64,000 bases of DNA from Longimicrobiales bacterium (GCA_963664435.2 CAXXKM010000003.1:1216001-1280000); one strand, 5' to 3'. Positions 30,495-41,297 are shown, counted from the stretch's first letter. The notes: generated by a model not told the origin, from the sequence alone. Numbers and translations: made by a program.

Positions 30495-32835
30495 TCAACC
30501 CTCCCCACCCTCCGGCATCCGGTACCCGACCCCGCGCTCGGTGAAGATGTAGACCGGACTGGCGGGGTCGTCGCCGAGCTTCCGGCGGAGCTTCTTCACG
30601 AAGGTGCGCACCGGCTCCGAATCCCCCCCGGCGGGGCGGTGCCAGATCTGGCGCAGGAGGGTGTCCGTGGTCACGACCCGGCCCGCATTGAGCGACAGCA
30701 TGCGCAGGAGGTCATATTCGGTGGGGGTGAGGTCGAGTTCACGCCCGGCCAGGGTCACCTGGCGCCGGTCGTAGCGGATGCGGAGTTCGCCGGATTCGAA
30801 AGGTCCGGCCTTGACGCGTCCACGCAGCGCCGCACGAACCCTCGCCACAAGCTCCGTCAGCGAGAAGGGCTTGACGATGTAGTCGGCCGCGCCAGCCTCG
30901 AGCGCCTTGGCGATGGTCTCGTCCCTGCTGTAGCCGGAGATGAAGATTACCGGCAGGTCGGAGAGCTCGGGCATCTGCGCCATCAGGTCGATGCCGTCGG
31001 CGTCCGGAAGCATCAGGTCGAGCAGAACCAGCGCAGGCTGCTCGATCCGGATCAGGCGCGGTATCTCTGCCGGGTCGCCCGTGACGAGTGGCGCGTAGCC
31101 GGCCCGCGAGAGGGCATGGCGGGCGAAGTGCAGCGTCTGCGGGTCGTCGTCGACCACGAGGATACGGGTGCGCCTGCGCTCTTCCGGGAAGTCCCGCGGG
31201 GATTCGGAGCCGGCATCGGACGGCGTCGGCCCGGCCACCGGAAGCGTGCAGGTAAGGCGCGCGCCCTTGCCCAGGCCGGCGCTCTCGGCCCGGATGCGCC
31301 CTCCTTGCGCCTCCACCAGTCCCTTGCAGATGGTCAGGCCCAGGCCATGGCGCACCGCCGAGTCCTCCCCGTCGCCAGAGGCGTGCTTGCGGAACAGGTA
31401 CGGCAACTGCTCCGGCGCCACGCCCCGGCCCTGGTCGGCCACCGAAATGGCGACGTGACCGCCGTCACGCGCCGCGTCGATCCGGATGGAAGACGACTCC
31501 GGCGAGTGCCGCGCGGCGTTGGCGAGCAGGTTGTTCAGCACCTGCACGACCCGCCGGCGGTCGGCCATCACCGCGGGAAGGTCCGGTGGCAGGTCGATGA
31601 CGATGGCGTGCCGGCCGCCGCCGCTCAGGAACGTGCTTCTCGCCCGGTCCACCATGGCCGGCACACTCGAGGGCTCCGGGTTGATCGACAGGGTGCCCGA
31701 ATCGATGCGTCCGGCATCCAGCAGATCCCCGATGAGGCCACGCATGTGGTCGGCCTGCTCGTCGATGATGCGGATGAACTCGCGCTGTTCGGCCGGGTCC
31801 AGCTCGGGCAACGCGTGCAGCACAGTCGTGGTCGAGCCCTTGATGGAAGTGAGCGGCGTGCGCAGCTCGTGGCTGACCAGGCTGAGGAACTCGGACCGCG
31901 AGCGCTCCAGCTCCTCGAGCGGCCCCAGGTCCTGCAGGGTGACCACGACCGACTCCGCCGCTTCATCCTCCCCACGGATCGGCGTCACGTTGATCAGCGT
32001 CTTCACGCTCCGGCCGTCGGGCACCGACAGTTCGATCTCCTCGGCGCGCATCCGCGTGGCGCTGCGGAATTCCTCGGCCAGCGGGAGTTGATCGAGGGCG
32101 AACTCCCGCCCGTCGGCGAAACGGCAGGTCAGAACGTCGAGCAGATCCTCCGGCCGCTGGGTCGAAGCTCGCAGACCATCCACGATCCAGTTGCGCCTCG
32201 CGGTTGAACGACACCGGACGACCGGACTTTGCATCGAAGACCGCCACGCCCACCGGCGAAGTGTCGACCAGCGCCTCCAGGTTGGCCCGGGCTCGCTGCT
32301 CGTCACGGTAGGATCTGGCATTGGCAATGGCCACCGCCGCCTGGGACGCGAGCAGCACCAGGGTCTCTTCGTCCTCGTCGGTGAACTCCGGATCGCCTTC
32401 GTGCTTGCTGAGGTAGAAGTTGCCGACCTGCACGTCCCGGTGGTACATCGGAGTCGCTTGCAGGATGCTTGAGTTCCAGGTGTGTGCGGAGAGGCCCAGC
32501 GTCTTCAGGTAACTCGCCATGTCCGCCACCCGCAGCGGCCTGGCCAGGTCTCGAAGGTGTTCGTAGAACTGCGGTCCCCCGGGCCATTCGAGCATCCGCT
32601 GGAGTTCGTCGGGAGGAAGACCGGAGGAGACGAGGTCCCGGACCTGTCCCCGGTCGCCCATGGTCGTGATCACGCCGTAACGGGCACCCGTGAGGGCGCG
32701 GGCGCTGTCCACGATCTCCTGCAGGACGGTGTCGAGGTCCAGGCTCGCGCTGACGCGCAGGATCGCCGCCGTCAACCTGGAGATACGTTCCTCCAGCGCT
32801 TCGTTCCTGCGCCTGAGTTCGTGGATGCCGTTCAA
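30495..32835 (-). pseudogene. Cytoplasmic GAF-PAS-HisKA-HATPase-REC-winged-helix hybrid kinase/regulator with one frameshift
   Basis: GAF and PAS start in ORF 31963..32835. SHELRTPL, N/G boxes, VVDDD..LLDL..KPF and LTPTEYDLL..RGVGY lie in ORF 30495..32327. Removing one base near 32190 joins them into about 779 aa. Confidence 0.8.
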
Positions 32836-32888
32836 GGGTCCTCCCTGGGCGACTCACTCAGGCAAGGTGACGGGTGTGCCCACAGGTC

Positions 32889-32929
32889 CGCAACGTCAAA
32901 AACAGACGGCACTACGACATTATCAGACA
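32889..32929 (-). promoter_or_regulatory. Conserved 41-bp upstream motif, copy 2 (upstream of the hybrid kinase operon)
   Basis: Matches 27387-27427 at 31/41 positions, same orientation relative to the downstream gene. Confidence 0.65.
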
Positions 32930-34064
32930 CCTAAACCTGTAGGAATCAGAACTTCAATCTCCTGCGCAGGAGTCGTAACCCATGCGGCGCTCGCCGGTTT
33001 CGCGCTTTCTCCCTGTCATGCGGAGCGCTCTTGACATACCAGCTGATTGTCGGTCTCATTACCAATCTTTCTCTGTAATTGCCTGCTTGCCAGCGCAGAC
33101 ACTCAGGCTCATATATCAACCATATCAGGCTCATACTCCCTGCCCATAGGCGTCCACACCCATGCCCATCTCCCCCGTCATCGTCATTCCCGGGATCACC
33201 GCTTCGGACCTCCACGACGAGTACGAGCTGCCGCCCGAAGCGGTATGGACGACGGTCCTCAGGCGCCGCTACGACCGCGTCACGCTGCACCCGGAGGACC
33301 AGCGCTACGAACTGCGCGAGCCGGCCCGGGTCATGCCGCGCGGCCCCTTTCCGCTCATCTACGAGGACCTGATCGAGGAGCTGCGCGACGGGCTCTCCGA
33401 GGACCAGCCGGGTCCCGTGCCCGTGTTTCCCTTCGGCTACGACTGGCGCATGCCGCTGGACTGGACCGAGCAACGCCTGGCCGCGTTCGTGCGCGAAGTC
33501 ATCGACCGGACGCTGCTCATGCGGCACTACCGGGACGACGAGGCGTTTCGGAACAACCCCACTGTTTCCCTCATCGGCCACTCGATGGGAGGGCTGATCA
33601 TCGCCGGGTACGTCGAGAGTCTTGTCGCCGGGCGCATCCGGAGTCCCACGGGCAGCGGCGCCCTCGTCGACAAGGTCGTGACGCTGGGGACGCCCTTCCG
33701 GGGCTCGTACGAGGCGATCCTCAAGGTGGCCACGGGGACCAGCGAGCTCGGGGACGACTCGGGCAGGGCCCGGGAGCGGCGCATGGCGCGGATGACGCCC
33801 GCCCTCTACCACCTGCTCCCCGGGTCGGCGGGGCCGGTCGCGTCGCACGGCGGCATGGCGGTGAACTTCTTCCGGCCGGATGCGTGGCAGCCGAACGTGG
33901 TTCAGACCATCGAGCATCAGGTCCGCGAATGGGACGTGACCGGGGCGGAGCTGTTCCGGAAGATGCTGGACGAGGCGCGGGCGCACCGCGAGCGGATCTC
34001 GGGGTTGCGGCTACTGAATGGCGGGACGCCTGACGCGGCTGGGGCGTCGGATGACGGAGGGTCG

Positions 34065-34190
34065 GGAGATACGGGACCGTTAGGAGATACGGGACCGCCC
34101 GGAGATGCCGGACCGTTGGGAGATACGGCACCGCCAGGAGATACGGGACCGCCCGGAGATGCCGAAGCCCCCGGAGATGCGGGACCGCCA
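34065..34190 (+). repeat. 7 x 18-bp in-frame tandem repeat encoding collagen-like GDTGPP units
   Basis: GGAGAT starts at 34065, 34083, 34101, 34119, 34137, 34155 and 34173. Confidence 0.92.
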
Positions 34191-34521
34191 GCCGTCGCCG
34201 TCCGCTCGGACGACTGGCTCGCCATCGCGGGGGTCGACTCGAAGACCCGCGTGAGCCTCAGGGTGGTGCGCGACGAGAACGGCTTTGCGCGATTCGACCT
34301 TCGGGGCGCGGAGCGACGCAACGAGTGGGACTCCGACATCGAGGGCAACCGGCGCGACACAGGCGACGGAACGGTCCCGCTGGAGGGCGCGATTCCGCCC
34401 TTCCTGGACGAGGCGCGCGTGGTGTGCGTCACACCCGGCGACTTCGGCTACTGGGAGATTCGCGACCGGGCGCTGACCGCCGCCGCGGGTTTTCACGGGC
34501 TGCTGCCCCGGATGAACATGC

Positions 34522-34530
34522 TGCACCGGC
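34522..34530 (+). repeat. Left att core TGCACCGGC
   Basis: TGCTGCACCGGC (34519-34530) vs TGTTGCACCGGC (48384-48395). Confidence 0.88.
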
Positions 34531-34904
34531 CGAATGGCAAATGCCGCAATCCCGGCGGGAAATCGTATAAAGTCATACAGGACTGCACGATCTGCGTTTC
34601 CTGCCGTTGGGCTCGACCCTGCTGGACCGTACCCCGAAAGCGGGAAAACGGGTTTGAATGGCGGGACTCCCGCCCGCCGCCTCTTCGCCGCCAGAGGTCA
34701 GTGGGGCGCCCTCGCTCGCCTTCTCGAAAAGCAAGATGGTTCAGGCGAATCACCGGTCGGTACTACCGAATCGTCGCTCCGGCAAGGCTCGCCACCGGGG
34801 TCACATCAACCCAGCAGGCGTGGGGCCGACTAGGAGGTAGACCGCCACGGTCCCGGACTACCGACCGGTGCGGAAGCGCCCTCCCGACCCCGGCTTGAAC
34901 CAAA

Positions 34905-34949
34905 CCTCCGTCTTCCCGTCGGGACCCGCGCCCGATGGGAAGGCGGAGG
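34905..34949. repeat. 19-bp inverted repeat (hairpin)
   Basis: CCTCCGTCTTCCCGTCGGG / CCCGATGGGAAGGCGGAGG, fully paired with two G-U pairs, 7-nt loop. Confidence 0.7.
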
Positions 34950-35019
34950 GAACCGGCGCGGCGATCCCGCCACGCTCGCAGGCGTCGTGGCGCCGGGGGT
35001 TGCGCCCTGGGAACCCTCG

Positions 35020-35118
35020 CCCCCCGTCAGCGCCAGGTTCTCCGCGCCCGCGCCCCTTCGGCCGGTAGTGCCGCGACGAGCGGCTTAGCCCCACCAGCAC
35101 GCACAAGCGGGGCTTCAT
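35020..35118 (-). pseudogene. IS3-family transposase remnant
   Basis: RLCVLVGLSRSSRHYRPKG, then after a frameshift AENLAL. Resembles the IS3 OrfB N-terminal HTH region. Confidence 0.55.
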
Positions 35119-35156
35119 GGAAAGCAAGATAGCCTCCGCGAGAGCGCGCGTAAGAC

Positions 35157-36029
35157 TTAGTACACCCAAATACGAACACTCCAAGGGGCGTTCTGTGTGC
35201 CATCCGTGACATTCAGTCTCAGGTCGATCAAACCTGAGACCGGAGGCACGGAAATACGTATGTGGGGATCGAAGGGTGGGTCTGGATTCCAAGCCTGAAA
35301 CCGGCCATGGGGACGTGCCTCTGAGCCTTGAATGACACCGGATTCCTCCAGAAACCGCACGTCTGCGCCGCCACCTGTTGTCACTAGCGACTCTTTGCCC
35401 ATGCCCCACCCGTGGCTGATATGTACACGGCCTTCCTTCTCAACAACCAAAAATTTGCAGTGCGCAACGAACGAAACAGGCATTTCGATTTCCCGTGCTG
35501 GCCCAACTTGCGTCCAGTCACCATCCGCTTGCATATGCGAATAGTCGGGAAGGGGAATCGACACCGTAACAGATGTCGTAAGTGTGTCGCCAACATTATC
35601 CACGATGGTTACGGGCAGATCGTAAAGACCTGGAGTGGCCCAAGACAGTGTTCGTATTACAACGGGACTCCATGTCGGAGGCCATGTGCCACCGGAACCG
35701 CCCCATTGATAGCTAATCCTGCCATCGTCAACGAAACCAGATCCAAACGTAACATATGGCGGCGACCCCCCATACACCAGGGGGAGGGAAGTATGCAATC
35801 CCCAATTGGGTTTGTTCTCAGCTCCTTGGATGGTTGTACATGCTGGCGATAGAGGAAATCCGCCATTTGGGGTTGGTAGAAAGGAGCCCGTCGCGGACGA
35901 AACAAAGGTCAGGTCTTGCTGACGAGCTGACGAAAGGACCATCGTGGGCGCGGTGATGGTTTCCCCGGGTATGGGGTCGTTGGCGCAGGCGGCAACGACG
36001 AGAAGGGCGATGGCGACGCGCTGTAACAT
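35157..36029 (-). CDS. Hypothetical lipoprotein (element cargo, low GC, possible Ig/PKD-like fold)
   Basis: MLQRVAIALLVVAAC lipobox. PGLYDLPVTIVDNVG..TTSVTV PKD-like strand pattern. Confidence 0.65.
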   Translation of the reverse strand: MLQRVAIALLVVAACANDPIPGETITAPTMVLSSARQQDLTFVSSATGSFLPTPNGGFPLSPACTTIQGAENKPNWGLHTSLPLVYGGSPPYVTFGSGFVDDGRISYQWGGSGGTWPPTWSPVVIRTLSWATPGLYDLPVTIVDNVGDTLTTSVTVSIPLPDYSHMQADGDWTQVGPAREIEMPVSFVAHCKFLVVEKEGRVHISHGWGMGKESLVTTGGGADVRFLEESGVIQGSEARPHGRFQAWNPDPPFDPHIRISVPPVSGLIDLRLNVTDGTQNAPWSVRIWVY

Positions 36030-36368
36030 TTTTCTTGGTGGCCTCCTTTTCGTCCGTTCCGAGGCTGGGCTGCAAGCTCACGGCTCGCCCTCGTTCTCGT
36101 CTTGGTCTGCGTTTCCCGCCGAATCGGGCTAGAGATTGCGGGCCGTGGCGGATGTACGCAAGTAGCTGGCAGGCGGTGCTGCGCGAGGCAGCCAACTCCC
36201 GGGGAATGCGAATGCGTCTCAGCCACGCTCTTGGCCCCATGCCGCGATTTGGTTCCGGCGCCCGCAGAACGCAGCAGTGTTCCGATGCCTGCGCGTCATT
36301 GCATGGCGGTGTCATTCCCAATGTGCTGTTGCCAAGCCCTGCGAGACTTGCTTGTTCCCGGGCTGCTC

Positions 36369-39300
36369 TCACCTCCTCCACGCGTAACCGTCCGGAATGC
36401 CCCGGCTGAACAGCGTTTCCAACCTCTGCCCGGCGGCCTGTCCCACCGCATCCGCCGCCGCCTGGGTCGCCGGAGCCGGATCCCGCAGGAATCCGCGCAC
36501 TTCTCCGGTTTGCGCGTCGCGAAGGATGGCCATCGGCTGGTCCGTGGTTTCGTCCAGCACGGCTGAGCCTCCGGGGCCGGATAGCGTGATGCTTGCCAGT
36601 TTGTCCCCCCAGCCCGGTCGGACAGGCAAGGCGAATACAAAGCTGGTCTCCTCACCCTCGGCGTCTCCGATGTGCGGCATATCGAAGGCAAACGAGAAGA
36701 CGGGTGTGCCATCAACGGTCGCACCCTCGATGGTATACTCCCCCCCGGCGACTGGAAGAGAGGGCACGGCGTCAACGACGAACGCGGGATCGAGGTACGG
36801 AACACCATCCTGATCCCGTCCACCCCAGATCAGAAGCGAACGAACGGGCACCGCCTCTGCGGCCATGGCCGCAGAGGCGGTGCCGCCGTTCGCAAGACGG
36901 TGGCTAAGTGCCTTGTTGAAAAAGAAATCGCTGGTCCAGTAGATCCCATGTGTGCAGTAGGACATGACGTCGGCGGCGTGCGGCGTCACCAACGCGTTCC
37001 GTCCGAAGTCGTACCCCCAGGCCCCGATGCTTCCGCCAAAATGCGGGAACCAGGGGTCGACCGTGCGGGGATTGCCACACGGTGCGTGCTTGAGCGAGAG
37101 GTTGTGCCCCAATTCATGGGCGATCGTGGAAGGGTTGCGCGTCGACATGCTCGCCCAGCCAGCGAGGCGGGCGACTCCCGTCGCCGCTGGGCTAGACGAG
37201 AATTCGTTACTATAGTTGGGTTGCCATACGCCCATCCAGTATCCCGAACCGCCCTCCATCACGCGCATCGCGTCTACCTGAGCCAATCTCCTGGAGATGT
37301 CCTGGGTCGATGTGATGACGGGTTGGCGCGCCGAGACAGCGAGTTCCGCTATCGGAAGTAGCATCCGCACGTCGCGGAGCAACTCGTGCCCGTCCGGATC
37401 CGCCGCCATTGCGGAAACGGACTCCACAACGGACGAGTCGGGCTCGGTTTCCCAGAGAAACGGGATAAGGGTCAGGCGCAAGGGCTGCACGGACCGGACG
37501 TCGATTGCCATGCGTCCTTCTTCGGGAATCCGCTTCGTGACTCCAAGCGCGGAGTCCAGCGTCCCTTCAGGATCGACTTCAATCACCATCTCCAAGCCTG
37601 GCACGATGACCCAGTCGGGAATCTCGGCGTTCGCCGACAGCGCAAGATCTCCTTCCATGACCTCTGAGGGGATGAGCCGGGTCGTCGCCGCGATATCGAC
37701 TGAGTGCCGTTCGGCCCCATCGACGAAGAAGGTGGCGCGGACATCGGGCATCGTCGCCGTGCCGGCCTGGGCCGCGGTCACGAAAACGCGCAGCAGCGCC
37801 GGCTTTCCGGCCAGGAGCGGCACGGGATCGTCCCATGACTGCACGCTCTGCGTCAGATACGCCGCCGCCCCACCGTCGCAACGTACCAGGTGGCGGTCGG
37901 CAATGCCCCGGAACCATGCGGCCCAAGCGGCATCCGGCGGCCAGCAGAGCCCGGTGCCTCCCGCCATGAGACGTTCGAGTCCTCCAATGGCCAGAATCTC
38001 GGAAGGCATCGGCCCGGCGAGGTCGGAGTTGTCCGCCAGAATCAGTTGATCTAGCAGGGTGAGGCTGCCGAATTCTGGAGGAACGGGACCGTTCAGCGCG
38101 TTGGATCGCAGGTCGAGATGCTCCAGGTTGGTGGCGCGCCCGAGTTCAGCGGGCAGAGCCCCGGAGAGTGCATTGTTGCCCAGATCCAGCGTGACCAGGC
38201 TGCCGAGACGGCCCAACTCACTCGGAATCGATCCAGAGAGTTGATTGTCGGAGAGCTCCAGCGCCCAAAGGTCGCCAGATCGCCCCAAGTCAGAAGGGAT
38301 CGATCCGGAGATCTCGTTGCCGGAGAGCCGGAGCTCCTGGAGACCGGCGAGGCCGCCGAGTGCCGAAGGAATGCTCCCGCTCAGTCGATTGCGGGAAAAG
38401 TCCACGGCGGACAGGCGGTCTAGCGTGCCAAGCTCGGGCGGAATGCGGCCCGTCAGTTGGTTATCAGCGAGCCGGATGGATATGAGCGCTGAGATCCTGC
38501 CGAGTTCCGAAGGAATGCTCCCGCTCAGTTGGTTGCCGACGAGTTCGAGCCGCTCGAGACGACTCAGATTGCCCAATGCGGCCGGAATGGAGCCTGAGAG
38601 GAAGTTCCATTTGAGGTCCAGCCTGGCGAGATCGGCGAGGTTGGCCAGTTCTTCTGGGATTTCGCCTGTGAGTTCATTATCCCTAAGACTGAGCTGCCGC
38701 AAAGGGACCAAGTCACCCAGCTCCGGCGGGATCGTCCCCGATATCCGGTTTCTGAAGAGGTCAAGTCCTCTCAACTCCGACAACCCGCCAAGCTCCGAAG
38801 GAATGCCGCCGTAGAGCTGGTTCCCCGCAAGGTCAAGCCACTCAAGATGGTCCAATTCACCCAACTCGATTGGGATCCGGCCGGACAACCCGTTGAACGG
38901 TAGCCGCAGTACGACGACCCGGCCGGCGGCATCGGTCTCCACACCGTGCCATTCGGCCAACGGTGCATCGGTGAGCCACCCCGTATTCTCGTTCCAGTTT
39001 CGGCCATCCGCATTCCGGTACAACAGCTCGAGAATGTCACGGTTCGTAAGAGGGGGACACGGCACTCCTGTCCCGGTGTGGCGCGGGATGCCGTTCAGCC
39101 AATCTTGGAAGCCGGCATCGTCCGCCACGCACAGGGACGTGCCCCGGTAGTCGAGCTCCTCCAGTTGCACCTCGGTCAGCGACAGAGGCAACCGGCCGGA
39201 CAAGGCGTTGTCCCCGATCCGCAGCTCCGTGAGGCTGGCCAGCAGGCCAAGCGCCTCCGGAACGTGGCCCGACAACGCGTTGCCGCTCAGATCGAGACCC

Positions 39301-41297
39301 GAGACCCGACCGATCGAATCCGTCCGCACGCCATGCCACCGGTCCAGGTTCTCGTCCTCCAGCCAGCCATCGGACCGCGTCCAGCCGGATCCGTTCGTGG
39401 CCTCGTGGAGGCTCTCCAGCGCGTCGGCATCGATCTCGTCGCAGAATGCGATATCCACCGCCCACTCGATGTTCCCGCGAGCCTCCACCTGCCGCGCCCA
39501 CTCCCTGAACTCGTCCGTCGCGGGCAGGCATACCCCCTCGGTTCGCCGGCAACCTATCGTCTGAAGTCTGTTCAGACCGATAAAACTCAACGGGAGGGAG
39601 CCCGTCAGGAGGTTGTCGGTCAAAGTAAGTCCTTCCAATGCAGCGAGGCTTCCGAGTTCCGTCGGCACCGCGCCCGTCAGTTCATTGTTGTTCAAATTCA
39701 GATTGCGCAGATGGGTCAGTTTCCCCAGCTCCGGCGGGATCGGACCTGTCAGTGCGTTACTCGACAGTGACAGGCTGGTCAGATTGGCAAGACCGCCCAG
39801 CTCCGGTGGGATCGGGCCCGTCAGACCGTTGTCATAGAGCCATAACCACCACAATCCCTCGATGTTGGCCAACTCTGGCGGAATCCGGCCTGTGAGGTTG
39901 TTCCCGTCAAGCAGCAGCCACCGCAGGTTGGCAAGGTTGGCCAGCTCCGGCGGGATCGGGCCCGCCAGATCGTTTTGCCGCAAGTTCAGATCGCGAAGTC
40001 CGGCAAGTCCGCCTAGCGATGGCGGAATCGTACCCGTCAGATTGTTCCATCCCAAATCAAGGTCTGACAACCGCACCAGATCGGCCAACTCCGGTGGGAT
40101 TGGGCCCGTCAGCTCGTTGTCGCGCAAACTAAGCACGCGCAGGTTGGAGAGGTCCCCGAGCTCTTGGGGAATTGTGCCGGTCAGGACGTTCCCTCGGAGG
40201 GAAAGTGTTTCGAGATTCGCAATTCCGCCGAACTCCGGCGGAATAACACCGAACAGTCGGTTCAAACCGAGGTTGAGATGCCGCAAGTTCGCAAGATTCC
40301 CCAGCTCCGAAGGAATGGTGCCCGTGACGGCGTTGATCCGGAGGCTGAGCACCTCCAGGGACGTGAGGCGCCCGAGTTCGGGCGGAATCGGACCCAGGAG
40401 GCCATGAGGCACTTGTTCCCGTCCTTCCCACACGCCGTCTAGACGAATGCCCACCACCCGCCCCGACGCGTCGGTCTCCACCCCGTACCACTCCCCCAAC
40501 GGCGCGTCGGTCAGCCAGTTGGTGTTGTCGATCCAATTCGGACCGTCGGTGGCCTCGTAGAGGGCTACCAGGGCGGTTCGGTCGGTATTCTCCACCGTTG
40601 TGACCTCGGCAGTGCCCGAGTATTCGCTCGCCGTCGCCGTGATCGTAGCCGTTCCTTCGTCCACTCCGGTCACCAACCCCGAGTCGTCCACCCGGGCCAC
40701 GAGCGTGTCGCTCGAAGACCAAACGAATTCCGTCACCGCCGCCACGCCGTGACCGTTCGCGTCGGTCGCCTCGGCCACCAGACGCACCGTGTCCCCGAAC
40801 GCCACCAGGGTGTCCGCCGCGGGCGACAAAACGACTGCGATCACCACCTGGGCCACGGTCACTGCCGCCGTGCCGGAGCCCGAGCCCGCCGTCGCGGTGA
40901 TCGTTGCGGTCCCGTTCCCCGCTGACGTCGCCAGCCCCGTCGCGTCCACCGACGCGACCGAAGCGTTGCTGCTCGCCCACGCGACGGCGGTTCCCGCCAT
41001 CACCTGCCCGTTCTGGTCGCGTACCTCGGCCGTGAACCGGGCCGTCTCTGCGAGGGCGCTCAGTGCGGCAGAACCTGGGCTGACCGCCACCGTGGTGGCC
41101 ACGGGAGTCGGTGGAGGAGCAGGCTCGACGGCGCCATCGCCGCAGGACAGGACCAGCACCGCGGTCGCGGCGATGGCCGAGATCGCGAAGCGCGCGCTCA
41201 AGCGTCCCGGTCGACCATCGCCCCGCCTCCGGCGAATGTGCCAACGGTGCATCCCTGCCCGACCATCTTCGGAAAGCCCTCTCGATTGCATGTCCAT
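36369..41297 (-). CDS. Giant surface lipoprotein: 2x Big_2 + two plant-receptor-like LRR blocks + C-terminal zinc metalloprotease (M66-like)
   Basis: VLSC lipobox, Big_2 repeats, many 24-aa LxxLxLxxNxLxGxIPxELG repeats with LY.AT.G..W....WL caps, AHELGHNLSLKHAPC (HExxHxxxxxH). Confidence 0.88.
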   Translation of the reverse strand: MDMQSRGLSEDGRAGMHRWHIRRRRGDGRPGRLSARFAISAIAATAVLVLSCGDGAVEPAPPPTPVATTVAVSPGSAALSALAETARFTAEVRDQNGQVMAGTAVAWASSNASVASVDATGLATSAGNGTATITATAGSGSGTAAVTVAQVVIAVVLSPAADTLVAFGDTVRLVAEATDANGHGVAAVTEFVWSSSDTLVARVDDSGLVTGVDEGTATITATASEYSGTAEVTTVENTDRTALVALYEATDGPNWIDNTNWLTDAPLGEWYGVETDASGRVVGIRLDGVWEGREQVPHGLLGPIPPELGRLTSLEVLSLRINAVTGTIPSELGNLANLRHLNLGLNRLFGVIPPEFGGIANLETLSLRGNVLTGTIPQELGDLSNLRVLSLRDNELTGPIPPELADLVRLSDLDLGWNNLTGTIPPSLGGLAGLRDLNLRQNDLAGPIPPELANLANLRWLLLDGNNLTGRIPPELANIEGLWWLWLYDNGLTGPIPPELGGLANLTSLSLSSNALTGPIPPELGKLTHLRNLNLNNNELTGAVPTELGSLAALEGLTLTDNLLTGSLPLSFIGLNRLQTIGCRRTEGVCLPATDEFREWARQVEARGNIEWAVDIAFCDEIDADALESLHEATNGSGWTRSDGWLEDENLDRWHGVRTDSIGRVSGLDLSGNALSGHVPEALGLLASLTELRIGDNALSGRLPLSLTEVQLEELDYRGTSLCVADDAGFQDWLNGIPRHTGTGVPCPPLTNRDILELLYRNADGRNWNENTGWLTDAPLAEWHGVETDAAGRVVVLRLPFNGLSGRIPIELGELDHLEWLDLAGNQLYGGIPSELGGLSELRGLDLFRNRISGTIPPELGDLVPLRQLSLRDNELTGEIPEELANLADLARLDLKWNFLSGSIPAALGNLSRLERLELVGNQLSGSIPSELGRISALISIRLADNQLTGRIPPELGTLDRLSAVDFSRNRLSGSIPSALGGLAGLQELRLSGNEISGSIPSDLGRSGDLWALELSDNQLSGSIPSELGRLGSLVTLDLGNNALSGALPAELGRATNLEHLDLRSNALNGPVPPEFGSLTLLDQLILADNSDLAGPMPSEILAIGGLERLMAGGTGLCWPPDAAWAAWFRGIADRHLVRCDGGAAAYLTQSVQSWDDPVPLLAGKPALLRVFVTAAQAGTATMPDVRATFFVDGAERHSVDIAATTRLIPSEVMEGDLALSANAEIPDWVIVPGLEMVIEVDPEGTLDSALGVTKRIPEEGRMAIDVRSVQPLRLTLIPFLWETEPDSSVVESVSAMAADPDGHELLRDVRMLLPIAELAVSARQPVITSTQDISRRLAQVDAMRVMEGGSGYWMGVWQPNYSNEFSSSPAATGVARLAGWASMSTRNPSTIAHELGHNLSLKHAPCGNPRTVDPWFPHFGGSIGAWGYDFGRNALVTPHAADVMSYCTHGIYWTSDFFFNKALSHRLANGGTASAAMAAEAVPVRSLLIWGGRDQDGVPYLDPAFVVDAVPSLPVAGGEYTIEGATVDGTPVFSFAFDMPHIGDAEGEETSFVFALPVRPGWGDKLASITLSGPGGSAVLDETTDQPMAILRDAQTGEVRGFLRDPAPATQAAADAVGQAAGQRLETLFSRGIPDGYAWRR

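Larger units (their letters stand above)
33162..34530 (+). pseudogene. Alpha/beta-hydrolase (lipase/LCAT/PGAP1-like), 5' part, interrupted by the integrative element
   Basis: VIVIPGI, FGYDWR, GHSMGG nucleophile elbow, LGTPFRGS, GDGTVP, FHG. Native frame continues at 48396. Confidence 0.88.

Noticed and set aside
33103..33135. TCAGGCTCATA direct repeat (22-bp period) upstream of the hydrolase
   Set aside because: Real, but only two copies with no second occurrence. Could be a short duplication, so it is not called as a site.
34065..34190. CRISPR-like periodicity
   Set aside because: Contiguous 18-bp coding repeats with no spacers, and no cas genes in the window.
34531..34898. C-terminal about 120 aa of ORF 33162..34898 as native protein
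   Set aside because: Read-through into element DNA. The genuine 3' end is at 48396-48508.
36369..41297. Diversity-generating retroelement acting on repeat proteins
   Set aside because: No reverse transcriptase and no TR/VR pair differing only at adenines was seen.
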